Origin: Neoechinorhynchus agilis
Taxonomy: Eukaryota > Animalia > Acanthocephala
Assembly: GCA_051530055.1 (NCBI GenBank)
Contig: CM121341.1
Coordinates: 3,462,151-3,526,150, forward strand
Length of the DNA: 64,000 nucleotides
Reading direction: 5' to 3'
The position numbers were made by a program, and so were the translations under genes. Shown here piece by piece: positions 22,487-33,510 of this stretch; positions within the stretch are counted from its first letter, which is position 1; every line of letters starts with the position of its first letter. The notes under the pieces are model-generated. The model was not told where the DNA came from. It saw only the letters and a program-made list of their open reading frames with translations, and made no database searches.

Positions 22487-23485
22487 TCAATTTGGTTCAG
22501 TAAAAGGAGGATCGTTCGAGGGTCTACTATTAGGTTCAAAGGCTTGATCTCTTGCTTCGTTTTGGACTGGAAATTGACGTTTAATCACTTCGCTTGCATT
22601 TAAATATTTCTGGGGAGCACATTGGTCTTGAGAGGAAATCTGTACGTTTTGTGTAGGTTGTTGCTGATTGAAATTAAAATCGTTATTTGGTTGATAGAAT
22701 TGCATGGTTTGTGGAGTATTTTGGTAAGTGCTTTGGCCTCCATGATAGCCATTAGAGTAATGTTGAGCATTTTGAACTTGTCCATTGTTGAAAAACTGTT
22801 GTTGGACCAACTGTTGACCTTGATATCCATAAGTCGGATTTGTTGCCACATTCGTGGAAACTTGGGGATTTGTAGCTACTGCGGTCGAATTGTACGCATT
22901 TAAAAGCGGTTGGAATCCGAATTCCGGGTTTTGTTTGTCGAAATAGGCAAAAGAATTTCGACCGATGCCGGCATTTATATCCGCAGGCGGTACATTTAGT
23001 GGACTATTAAAAATAAATCCATTAGTGTTCGTCGGATTGTTTATGAATGGATTATTTTGAAGGTCGAAAGTGGATTCGCATTGCTGCGAATGATGGGGTG
23101 TATTTTTCGGACGGCGTGCCTCCACGGCCCCTTGATCTCCTGTGAATGAATCAATACTTCGTTTTCTATTCGGTATTCCTTTTTTGTAATTTGGATTTAT
23201 AGCCCAAAGCGATGGTCTTTTACGATTGGTAGGTGGAAACCGATAAAACTTTTCATTAATGGAGGGACTGTGGCGGGTGGCACTTTTCGATTGTTTGCAA
23301 AGAGAAAACCGTTGTCGCTGTCTGAAGTATTCAAAGTTTTGGATGATCCAAATATAGATGCCATGTTGAGTGAGATAACCGTGCAGGCTGCTTGCGATAG
23401 ACATAGTGATTAAATCTTTGTAAGTATCAGAATCCAATGGATTACTCCGTTGAATTTTCTCGTCTTCCTTTTTACTCATGGTCAT
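22487..23485 (-). CDS. highly diverged forkhead-box transcription factor with Q/N-rich C-terminus, intronless
   Basis: TYKDLITMSIASS..LTQHGIYIWIIQNFEYFR..SKSATRHSPSINEKFYRFP..SLWAINP aligns with the forkhead consensus SY..LITMAI.SS..LTL..IY.WI..NF.YFR..W.NSIRHNLSLN.CF..VP..GS.W.L.P. Confidence 0.8.
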   Translation of the reverse strand: MTMSKKEDEKIQRSNPLDSDTYKDLITMSIASSLHGYLTQHGIYIWIIQNFEYFRQRQRFSLCKQSKSATRHSPSINEKFYRFPPTNRKRPSLWAINPNYKKGIPNRKRSIDSFTGDQGAVEARRPKNTPHHSQQCESTFDLQNNPFINNPTNTNGFIFNSPLNVPPADINAGIGRNSFAYFDKQNPEFGFQPLLNAYNSTAVATNPQVSTNVATNPTYGYQGQQLVQQQFFNNGQVQNAQHYSNGYHGGQSTYQNTPQTMQFYQPNNDFNFNQQQPTQNVQISSQDQCAPQKYLNASEVIKRQFPVQNEARDQAFEPNSRPSNDPPFTEPN

Positions 23486-24219
23486 TTCGAGATCAGTGAA
23501 TAGATACTTAATGAACAAAGATTCGATTCCCTAAACCCATCTTTTTTTATTCGAAAGCATAGTTAAACTGTACTTTCTATATTGATACACAATGAATTGA
23601 ATTTTTTATTATCAAGATAGCCTTAATGTTCAGAAGCATAAAAGTTTAAAAATATACATTTTTATAAGTTAAGTTTGACGAAAATTTACCACCAGAATAC
23701 TATGAACGTAGAAGTACAATGGATTTAAATAACTACAATTTACTGGACATTTACAAATGCCATTTTGCAACAATAAAGATGACCCTGAAGGTATTTGCTC
23801 AAAGGAGAAAAAAGCATGCGAAAGTTATTGTCATAACGTCAAATTGAAATTAATGTTGAAAGAAATCATTGATCGAATATTGCTCGTGATAAGATTGTAT
23901 GCGTTTCCCCGAGGAATAGCTTTTAAGTTAAAAAATGGAGAATCCCATCATTGTCCATAATAAATGTAAATCGACTTTAAATCTTTGATAGATTTTCCAA
24001 AATGCCTTCATTCTTTAATCGTGTAAATTATTTATTTGTAAACACGATTTATGCCACTTATGCAATCGCTTTGGACTTTGATACTTCTTTGTAGGAACAT
24101 TAAATGAAATTTATTATGAAATATGCATTGGTTTCTATATTTAAGTTTTTGTAAAATATTAGCCTAGAAGCTAAGAAACTTACAAAAACTATCAGTCCAA
24201 AAAATTAAACATGAGATTC

Positions 24220-26150
24220 GCATGAGTTATTTTGGACTTAAAAATCTAAACATATCGAACATTCAACACGAAAAAGTAGCATTTATATGGAAGGAAAACG
24301 GTTGGAAGCGATCCTATTTAACATTTCTACATATCTCACCTGACTCCGCCTCGATCATCAACAGGAATAAATCGGCGTTTACTTTTAAGATAAAATTCAT
24401 AAAGAGAACCTTAAGATTTCATTTAAAGGTATTCAATCATTCGCGAGAATGGAATAACCTTAAATATAACAATTTTAGTATCGAGCGCTGATTGGCTAAA
24501 AATGACCGGGCAATTTATGGTAAATAGATTTTTCCTGTGCAGCTCGTCCAATAGATCATTTTTCCATGTAGGAAACATGCCTTTCCCATTTCTATCGAAA
24601 ATCAATGATTTTTCTGTCAATTAAATGTAAATTATCATATCCGCTGCAAATTAAAATATTAACTTTGATATTTTTTAGCAAAGGTATTGTTCAAAAATCC
24701 TAAAAAAGACAGCACTTGGAGAACCCTCGTCATTAAAGCGAATTAATTTAGAAATGTAAATTGCTATAATTAAATGAAAATTAAAAAATAGAGAAACTCG
24801 TCGATTAAGTAAGGATTATAATGTTTTTCCTTGTGCAAAGTACAAGAAACGTCTTCTTGCAAAAATTCTTGTATTCGCATCTCGATCTACGATTTTATTT
24901 CCACGAATACAGTGTGATATTGTGTAATCGTAGGAATGTTCGATTCTATTGACGTTTTTGTGTGTCAAATAAAAGATTAAGTATCGCATTTGTCTCACTG
25001 ACGCTGATATTGCATTTCGCTAACAAAAAATCGATAGCCATGATTGTGATGAAACCAACAAGTAAATTGAACATTCGCAATTTTTATACAAGCGATTGCA
25101 TTATCAGCTCTCATTCCAAACAACAAAAAATGCCTTGGTTATTTTTTGGAAAAGAAATTCTTCACAATGTCCCAAAAAAGGTTGCACTTGGAGAACATTC
25201 GTCATTAAAGCGAGGTCATTCAGAAATGCAAATTAACAGCAAATCTTCTGTTCCTTTTAAAAGCCTTCATAAAATCCGGTAGAAATATATTGGTAAATAG
25301 CATTTTAAAACGCATCGAAAAATCACAGTGTTAATTTCGAAGTTACTTTGACATATCGATAAGATCATTTTGCTTTTTATGCAGCAAGAAATAATCGAGC
25401 TGATTTAAACTCTAAAAAACAAAAAAGTCGACAATGCTGAAGTTATCAAATTTTTAGCTGCAGAATTTTTTCCTGTCAAAACACCGCTGAAACTCCAATG
25501 TGTTCTTTACAAATCGAATTAGTTCATTTTATATCTTTTGTTCCAAAGATGAATCGAGACTGAAAGTTGAATAATGCTACTGGTTGTAACCTGTGGAAAT
25601 TTCAAAATGCGATTTACATTTATGCGCGGCCATTTCGTCCTAAGGAATACAATGCGATTCTGAGATAAAATTTTTAGAATTCGCATGCGTCGACTTTTTA
25701 TAAAAATTTAAATTGCAGTAACCAAACAAAAATAAATGCATTGATTAAGTAAACGACTTGATTAAAAGAAGAAGTCGTTCAAAATTGTTTAATATTCCGA
25801 AAATAGCATTCGGTACCTCTTCTTGGTTCTTCTTTCCAAATTGTTTGTTTGGCAAACATAAGATTTGGTGCATTCGGTGCAGAGAATTCTGTACACCATA
25901 TCTTTGCCCTTTTCTTCATCTCATTTCTTCACCATTAGACTAAGCTATTTAGCTTTCCTCGCTTAGATACAACTACAATCTAGGCCTTTGGACACGGGTC
26001 ATTTAATCAGATTGTTAATTGTAGTAAATAACTTTTCGCCGACGAATGGTGGACTTACGAAGGGATAAAGGCACAAAATTGTGCGGAAATATCGGATTTG
26101 ATAAAATTCCTTCAACTTTTCCACCATTAAAACAAACAATTATTAGTATA
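24220..26150 (+). pseudogene. possible heavily decayed LRR/TIR (Toll-like) gene
   Basis: LRR-like scraps (LKNLNISNI, LTFLHIS) and, at ~26008-26076 across one frameshift, RLLIVV.NNF/ADEWWTYEGIKAQ, resembling the TIR motif IIVLS.NF..SEWC.YE...A. Confidence 0.3.
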
Positions 26151-26338
26151 CTCTTGCGCGGAAAATAAAAATTGGATCACGGAGGTCCTCATGTATTGCA
26201 TCAATGATTTAAAATGATTTGAAATTGCTACGGAATATCATGCATGATAATTCCACATAATCGAAGGACACAAAATCAAAACAACCTTTTTGATCAAATC
26301 AGTCTATCTTAGTCACATCTCCGAGCGACTACAAATGT

Positions 26339-27469
26339 TTAGAAGCACTTTCTGTGGACAATCGAAGGTCCGCTTTCGTCGTATTCCTCCTTTGAAATCC
26401 ACATTGATTGGAACGTTGACAATGAAGCAAGAATAGATCCACCGATCCATACAGAGTATTTACGTTCAGGTGGGGCGATAATCTTAATTTTGATTGTGCT
26501 TGGCGCAAGAGCAGTCATTTCCTTTTGCATTCGATCAGCAATACCCGGGTACATGCTACTACCTCCCGAAAGGACGGTATTAGCATAAAGATCTTTGCGG
26601 ATATCAATATCACATCGCATTATTGAGTTAAAAGTAGTTTCATGAACTCCAAGGATTTCCATTCCTACAAACGAAGGTTGGAACAATGCTTCAGGACAAC
26701 GGAATCTCTCGTTTCCAATGCTGATCACTTGACCATCAGGAAGTTCGTAACTCTTTTCAATCGAGGACGAACTTGCGGCAATAGCCAATTCTTGTTCAAA
26801 ATCCAGCGCCACATAACACAGTTTCTCCTTGATATCTCTCACGATTTCCCGTTCTGCCGATGAGACAAAGGCATAACCGTGTTCCATCATGATTTTCATC
26901 ATGTATTCGGTCAATTCCCGTCCAGCGACGTCCAGACGGAGAATGGCATGAGGAAGGGCGTATCCTTCGTAGATGGGAACTGTATGAGTTACACCGTCCC
27001 CAGAGTCCAGAACAACTCCGGTTGTTCGCCCTGAGGCGTATAAAGAAAGGACGGCCTGAATGGCCACGTACATGGCCGGTGAATTGAAAGTCTCGAACAT
27101 GATTTGAGTCATCTTTTCTCTGTTCACTTTTGGGTTCAATGGAGACTCAGTCTGAAGAGTAGGATGCTCTTCTGGAGCAACTCGGAGTTCATTGTAAAAA
27201 GTATGATGCCATACTTTCTCCATATCATCCCAGTTTGTAATGATGCCATGCTCAACTGGATACTTTAGCGTCAATATTCCTCTCTTGCTCTGAGCTTCAT
27301 CTCCAACATAAGAGTCCTTTTGTCCCATTCCGACCATCACTGCCTGGTATTTGGGCCGTCCAACGATTGACGGAAACACGACACGAGGAGCATCGTCCCC
27401 GGCGAATCCGGCCTTGCACATACCCGATCCATTGTCAATCACGACTGCTGCGACCTCGTCTTCTGCCAT
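26339..27469 (-). CDS. Act: actin, intronless, divergent isoform (376 aa)
   Basis: Full-length actin with [26 protein letters not shown] and [20 protein letters not shown]. Confidence 0.98.
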   Translation of the reverse strand: MAEDEVAAVVIDNGSGMCKAGFAGDDAPRVVFPSIVGRPKYQAVMVGMGQKDSYVGDEAQSKRGILTLKYPVEHGIITNWDDMEKVWHHTFYNELRVAPEEHPTLQTESPLNPKVNREKMTQIMFETFNSPAMYVAIQAVLSLYASGRTTGVVLDSGDGVTHTVPIYEGYALPHAILRLDVAGRELTEYMMKIMMEHGYAFVSSAEREIVRDIKEKLCYVALDFEQELAIAASSSSIEKSYELPDGQVISIGNERFRCPEALFQPSFVGMEILGVHETTFNSIMRCDIDIRKDLYANTVLSGGSSMYPGIADRMQKEMTALAPSTIKIKIIAPPERKYSVWIGGSILASLSTFQSMWISKEEYDESGPSIVHRKCF

Positions 27470-27509
27470 TGAATCAAAACGCTTCGGTGTGGATTGGAAA
27501 CATCGGTTG

Positions 27510-27573
27510 CTTTTATATGGCTTTTGTGCATAATTAATGGCAACTCACATGAAGAAGATTTTTCCTTATAAGG
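27510..27573 (-). promoter_or_regulatory. actin promoter: TATA box and CArG box
   Basis: Minus-strand TATAAAAG at 27517-27510, ~40 bp before the ATG, and a perfect CC(A/T)6GG site, CCTTATAAGG, at 27564-27573. Confidence 0.6.
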
Positions 27574-28149
27574 AAATCCGAGTTTCTCCGCCTCCACACA
27601 GAGGAAAGATTTTCTATCCTTACCCCTTTTTCGCATTTTTTGCGCCTGGGCTACGGGGAATTTGACTCGCGTATATCGAAATCTATTTTATGAACACGAA
27701 AACTCGAAGAAATAAGGTAGTCAATAAACGATTTGTGGACTTTAAAGATTTAGAAACCTGAAAATGCCGATAGGCGCATTTCCAAGTTGGATTGCAAAAA
27801 ACGCAAAGCATTCAACAGACGATATAAAAATGAGGAAAAGATGCTAATTTTTTTTGATCGCATCTTCGTTAAATCGAATATCGTGATTTTATCTGATTAC
27901 AAAATAAAATCTATAATCAGGTATTACTCTCTAAACCCTTGAAAAGTTTATAGTAGAACAATAAACGTACCGTACAATTTATTTTCCTTTTAATTTGGAA
28001 ATATGATTTTTTAGAAGAAATAAAATATATTTCTTTAAAAGTAATTTTGTTCTATTTTTACATTACATTAGGCCCATTACATGTCATTTGGATGCTGGCT
28101 GCGGTCCCACGCTGGACCGCCAGACTCAAGTTTTGTCTCAAGAAAGTGA

Positions 28150-28590
28150 TTGACTGCAGCTCTTTCGTCACACTCGCGATACGTCGCCCAGTTCAATCAC
28201 GAATTCCGTTGCGGCCTTTCCAAATGCCCCGTAAGTTTCGACTCCGAGGGGCAGGAACAAAAACTGAGAGGCTAATTCATGATACTTCACGGTCTTACGT
28301 TCCTCCGCTCTCGTTGCCGCGGCTCCTGCGCCTAATTTAGCGGTCGTTATATTGCTGTTTGCCAGCGCATCGACGCATGCTGCGTTCCATATAAGGCATC
28401 CGCCACGTGACCAGGGAAAGACCGTTACCCCGTCAGGACGTTTCCCGTCTGAGAGGTAGAGATTATTTGGCTCGTCTGAGAGGTAGAGATTATTTGGCTC
28501 CAGGATGCAGGGCACCTGAATCTATCCAAGCGCTGGACTTATGATGGCATTGATTTCAGCATGACGGGGAAAACGTCCTGCGGACCGCTT
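28150..28590 (-). mobile_element. CRE-like RLE fragment with an internal 27-bp tandem duplication
   Basis: EPNNLYLSD (twice) GKRPDGVTVFPWSRGGCLIWNAACVDALA..AEERKTVKYHEL..FLPLGVETYGAFG. Confidence 0.8.
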
Positions 28591-29303
28591 ATCCATAAAA
28601 TTAATATCATAAACCGTTAATTTGAGCCCGTTGCCGAGTAAAAAGTACACTTGTTTTTATCTAATAGTAAATAGACAATCGCGTAAATAAGTTTAATAAA
28701 AAATCTATCTCCGTTTCTAGTATGGCAAGAGCCTGAGTAAAGTTTTTTAGAAGCAGGGCCTTCATTTCCCTCAGTTAATATTGACACCTCCTTGTTTTAT
28801 TTTTTCAAATAGCGTTGCTTAAGAAATAAATCCGCTTGATTCGAGTGATATTTTCGATTATTCTTCAATAGCGATTATGTATTTTTATATTGTTGGGTTC
28901 GTGTTAAGCTTAGTAGTAGAGTTGCGTTTCCAAACTATGGGTAGATAATGTCGATCACCGATTTACTGCTATCAATCAAAATAAGGCGAAATTTCGTGGA
29001 CGCAAAACCCAAAATCAATGAGATGCCACAAGAATCGCGATTCAAATCCATCTTTGTCTTATTTCCAAGATATCGGATTACGAATCATGCGATATTAATT
29101 ATAGAAATTTGCTGGAAGCGTATGAACGAGTGCCAGATGAATCAAGGCGAATAATTTTCAGAACCTTACCCCCGGAATAGAATTGATAAGATTAATTATA
29201 GAAATTTGCTGGAACTCCGGCTGAGAATTCCAGGTTTATGAGACAACTCAGAGATTAGTTTCAATTTCACCTAGCGATATTCACTCAGAAAATTGATTTA
29301 TAT

Positions 29304-29341
29304 TGAAAATTTTCGGCCTTTTCGTTGGCCTTCTTCAGTCA
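29304..29341 (-). ncRNA. minimal hammerhead ribozyme immediately after the Penelope GIY-YIG stop codon
   Basis: Minus strand UGA-CUGAAGA-A-GGCC(AACGAAAA)GGCC-GAA-AAUU-U-UCA, starting 4 nt after the ORF stop at 29345. Confidence 0.75.
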
Positions 29342-29344
29342 GAT

Positions 29345-29873
29345 CTACAACTTAAAAGGAACGTTATCAATTAGTTTATCCGGTGGGACTCGTAGATTGA
29401 GTTTGTAGTCAGCTTTGTTGCCAACAAAAGTACCTGTTTGCTGGATCATGATGGCTTCCATGGTCACTCTGTCGCGTCTTACGTCACTCCTCGCAAGAAC
29501 TTCGACGCCGTCAAAATTCATCTCATGCTTATTGCCATTGATGTGGGACACTATCGCCGAGCTCACATCAGACTTTTTAAGAGCTGCTCTTCTGTGTTCA
29601 GCAATCCTTCTTTTTAGATTGTTCGTTTGTCCCACATATGACAGACTGCAATTCGAACATGGGATCTTATAAACATTGCTGAACACAGAAGAGCAGCTCT
29701 TAAAAAGTCTGATGTGAGCTCGGCGATAGTGTCCCACATCAATGGCAATAAGCATGAGATGAATTTTGACGGCGTCGAAGTTCTTGCGAGGAGTGACGTA
29801 AGACGCGACAGAGTGACCATGGAAGCCATCATGATCCAGCAAACAGGTACTTTTGTTGGCAACAAAGCTGACT
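29345..29873 (-). mobile_element. Penelope-like GIY-YIG 3' end preceded by an inverted duplication of itself
   Basis: VYKIPCSNCSLSYVGQTNNLKRRIAEHRR..RDRVTMEAIMI. The 199-bp arms 29407-29605 and 29675-29873 appear to be perfect reverse complements around a 69-bp spacer. Confidence 0.88.
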
Positions 29874-30079
29874 TCAGAGATTAGTGCTTATTTCGAATGT
29901 TTAGCTCTTGGACTGCACGTCGCCGAAGCCGAATGGAATGAATTAGTGCCGTTTTGACACTTTATTGCATGCTGGCTCCTATTAGCTGTTCCGTGATAGA
30001 AAGTGACATATCGTTAAAAATTCGCTAATAATAGCAAGTTTATTGTTAAAAAATATATAAAGATTATACCCTATGTACC

Positions 30080-31080
30080 TTTGGGTCCTCACAAGGATTC
30101 TAGTTCAGAGTCGTTCAAAAGAATAATGTATCCGTCAGGATGGGAATATCCGGTCGGAGATGTCCGTTCTGGTGGAAATTGGCGGATATTGTTTGCAGGA
30201 GCGCTTGTGAGGTTGGCCTTCCCTCACGTTCATTTCAAGTTATATCATAGAGAATTGTCGTCGGGTTGAATTTTATTCGAGTTTGGTGATGTTTTTCCCC
30301 CGGATTTATGTTGGTATTGATCATTTATTTAAAATATTTTGTAAGCTTTATGCTTACTTCTTCAATTAGATTGTTTTCGAAAAACTTACTCGAATTTTTC
30401 TTCGAAAACAATCTAACCGAAGACATAAGCAAAAGCTTGCGAAGTATTTTAAATAAATGTTCAACACCAACAACAATCCGGGATAAAACATCGTCAAATT
30501 CGAATTTCAAGTTATGATATCCGAGGAGATTAGGCCGCATGGAAAAAGGAGCGTAGGTAAAACGAATTGAGATTACGAGTGTTGTGATCACGTGAAAAAG
30601 AGAATAAAATGTGGTAAAAAATGTTGTGGTAGGATTTGAGGCGTTTTGATTGCTTTATGAAAATAGCATCAAAGCGTTCGGTGAGAGGGGGAAAAGTCAG
30701 CTGCGCAAATTTTAGATTCTCTTTTATGAATAATTTCACGACGGCGGTTTTGAGATTGGAAATGTTGCAAAATACGGCATAATCGTAGGTGAGGAAAAGC
30801 AAAATAAAGCACAAGTAAAATTCGTAGATATCGGGTGAAGGGATTCCTAAATGTCGGAGGCGTTTGAGGAGATAAATTTTAAAGGTGTTGAGCTTGAGGA
30901 AAAGAGCGATGTGCGAGTCCAATTTCAAGTTTGATTTAAATCGGAGACCCCAAGTTCTTTGAAAGGTAACTCGTAGGATGTCATTAAAGGATAATTTCGA
31001 AGCATTTAGAGAAATTCAGGTGGGGTTTGTTCAACGAATCGCCATCATCCATCTTCTTCGATCTAGGGCCGAATTCGATT
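30080..31080 (-). mobile_element. CR1/L2-group LINE 3' fragment (RT C-terminus + 3' UTR)
   Basis: WGLRFKSNLKLDSHI..IYLLKRLRHLG..FPPLTERF..RNLNSFY; homologous to 34590-34950 and 49880-50340. Confidence 0.7.
30275..30505. mobile_element. ~230-bp foldback element, subfamily 3, with degenerate back-to-back hammerhead motifs, inserted in the LINE 3' region
   Basis: Whole-length imperfect palindrome with inner perfect arms TAGATTGTTTTCGAA/TTCGAAAACAATCTA. The centre TCGAATTTTTCTTCGAAAACAAT equals the reverse complement of 2037-2059. The arms carry UUGAAGA-A-GUAAGC/GCUUAC-AAAA and CCGAAGA-C-AUAAGC/GCUUGC-GAAG. Confidence 0.75.
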
Positions 31081-31578
31081 AACGACGAACTTGTGCGAGT
31101 TGCGAAGACCTATAAAATTAACTTTGACACAAACCGTTTATTTCAAATTTAAGGGACGTAATTAGGTCCTGTAGTTTTCATCTCCAGTCAAGTTTAAAAT
31201 GTTAGGTTCTTTTTAAAGAAAGCGACAGATACATGAAAGCATCATCGCGTTTGGACTTATTCAAAGATATTCAACGTAGTTCATTGTATACTGAACGTCT
31301 GGATAGCGATCATCGTAGTTGGTCTAAATCACAAAACCTCGCGGTATCTAAATGGACTATGAAATGTCTTCGTTGGCAAAAGGGAAGCCTAAACTAAATT
31401 GAGTTTTTATGTACAACAAGAAATGATGCAATGATTTTTCACTTCTAACAAAGACGGGTAAAATGTATGAAACTGCAGCAAAGATCGTTGACAAGTGATT
31501 CATCAAATTTGACGCTTTAAATCCACCTTGCATATAAAAGCAAACCATAATAAAGTTCTTTACATCTCTCTAACTTAG

Positions 31579-33510
31579 ATGGTATTTTTGTCCATCCTTA
31601 AAGCTTTACTCTTTCTAATCCACGGATTTGACTTTTGCTATAGTAATGATGTGCAAAATGAATGGTCGCTTCAATACACAAAATACGATGGAATGAACAT
31701 TGTGAACTCAACAATTAGATCCATCAACTCACTATCAAGTGTTTTGAATAAGATAGAAAGAAACAGTTCAATCAGCCGAATCGAAATGGAATTTGCTCGT
31801 TTCTACGACATTGTAAGCAGCAACGACCATATCCTTCCAAACGTCGCGGACGTATCGATATATTGCAGGAGGAATGAATATGAGATTATTACCATTACGA
31901 AATCTCTTATTTATAAATTCAGGCATTCTAGAAGACTTCAAATCCAAAACGCAGTATTTGGATATATCGAAGATGATGCGTTTGAAGGTTTTGACAATTT
32001 GAACGATCTCGATTTGAGTATAAATAGTCTGTGGCGATTGGGTTTGAATATGCATGTAGATCTTTACAATCTTCAATCATTACAACTGTCGCGCAATGGT
32101 TTGCGTAATGATTGCCTCAACGTTGTGGAGAAGATGAAAAGTTTGAAGGTTTTAGACTTGTCGGATAATTTAATCCAAAGATTCGTGCTAACCAATGAAT
32201 TCAATTTTAGAGGACTGGAAAATATACGGATCGGTGCTAATCCTTTAAATGAGATCAATTTGAGTCAATTAGCAAAACAAGAGAATCTTAAAATCTTGGA
32301 ATTTTCATACCAAGCAGATTTAAACAAATTGTTTGAAGAGGAATTTCAATTCGAAAATATGGAGGAATTTATTGTACACGGTGGAATCGCTCACAGTTTG
32401 AATTCAACAATTCTAGCCAGAATGCCAAAAGTCAAAGTTGTGAAGATTATGGGCTCAAATCTTGGAGAAGTACCACGTGGAAACAATCGGACGGAAACGT
32501 TGATTCTAAAAAGAAATCGTATAGGAATAATTCGCTCTAATTACTTCGATTCGTGGACAAATGTTACCCAATTGGACATGTCATCGAACGGAATCGTGCG
32601 GATATACAAGGATGCATTTTTTCCACTGAAAAAACTTGAAGTACTTAATCTCGGACAAAATTCCGATTTGACCTTGCTTCCGACGGGAATTTTTCGAAAC
32701 AACGAATTACTTCAAAAACTCATATTAGCAAATACTAATTTTTATGTTTTCGATGATGGCGTTTTTAAAAACGTTAAACATTTACGGTACTTGGACGTAT
32801 CAGACACCCCTATGACAGGCATTGATGTACATCGACTGGGTTCCAAAACGATCGATTATTGTCTGGTAAAAAATAATCCTTTTTTTTTTATTATAATATA
32901 CGATAACCCTAGAAACAGAACGGAGACATATTTCTCGATACGTACTCTTGCCAGATATATACCTGAACCGATACAAATAGCTGCTGGTGTAGACGATGTG
33001 ATTACAGTCTATAATCATACAGAAAATTTTACTTCGCTTGCTGGAAAAAAGTTGACCCGAATACAAGATGTTCGACTCTTTATCCGTGGTAATGCGTTCT
33101 CAGTCGATTTGAGTAACAATGAGATATCGGCAATCAATTACGACGATTTCGAAGACTTGAAAACTCTTGAATTTCTTTGTCTACAGTTCAATCGGATTGA
33201 GAAAATAGCTCCTCGCGCATTTAGAAATACTCCCCTGTTAAGAATGCTCGACCTTGCCAATAATCAATTGAAAGATATTGACGTTTTTCACTTATTTTAC
33301 GGTCTTGATAGACTCATTTACCTTCGTATGGCAAATAATGGATTCTCGCTATTTCCATCCCATCACTTGTCCGATCTCAGAAGTCTAAAAATTCTTAATA
33401 TTTCCAGCAATCCGATACGCCAATTTCACAATAAACCTTTCAAGGATCATCAATCTTTGCAAACAATAAAAATGTATAATACAAGTATTGAACTAATTTA
33501 CGATCTCTAA
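31579..33510 (+). CDS. leucine-rich-repeat protein with signal peptide (Toll-like ectodomain), probably C-terminally truncated
   Basis: Hydrophobic N-terminus and many LxxLxLxxNxL repeats (FDNLNDLDLSINSL, LKKLEVLNLGQN, LEFLCLQFNRIEKI, LRMLDLANNQL). No LRR-CT or TM segment before the stop. Confidence 0.88.
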   Translation: MVFLSILKALLFLIHGFDFCYSNDVQNEWSLQYTKYDGMNIVNSTIRSINSLSSVLNKIERNSSISRIEMEFARFYDIVSSNDHILPNVADVSIYCRRNEYEIITITKSLIYKFRHSRRLQIQNAVFGYIEDDAFEGFDNLNDLDLSINSLWRLGLNMHVDLYNLQSLQLSRNGLRNDCLNVVEKMKSLKVLDLSDNLIQRFVLTNEFNFRGLENIRIGANPLNEINLSQLAKQENLKILEFSYQADLNKLFEEEFQFENMEEFIVHGGIAHSLNSTILARMPKVKVVKIMGSNLGEVPRGNNRTETLILKRNRIGIIRSNYFDSWTNVTQLDMSSNGIVRIYKDAFFPLKKLEVLNLGQNSDLTLLPTGIFRNNELLQKLILANTNFYVFDDGVFKNVKHLRYLDVSDTPMTGIDVHRLGSKTIDYCLVKNNPFFFIIIYDNPRNRTETYFSIRTLARYIPEPIQIAAGVDDVITVYNHTENFTSLAGKKLTRIQDVRLFIRGNAFSVDLSNNEISAINYDDFEDLKTLEFLCLQFNRIEKIAPRAFRNTPLLRMLDLANNQLKDIDVFHLFYGLDRLIYLRMANNGFSLFPSHHLSDLRSLKILNISSNPIRQFHNKPFKDHQSLQTIKMYNTSIELIYDL

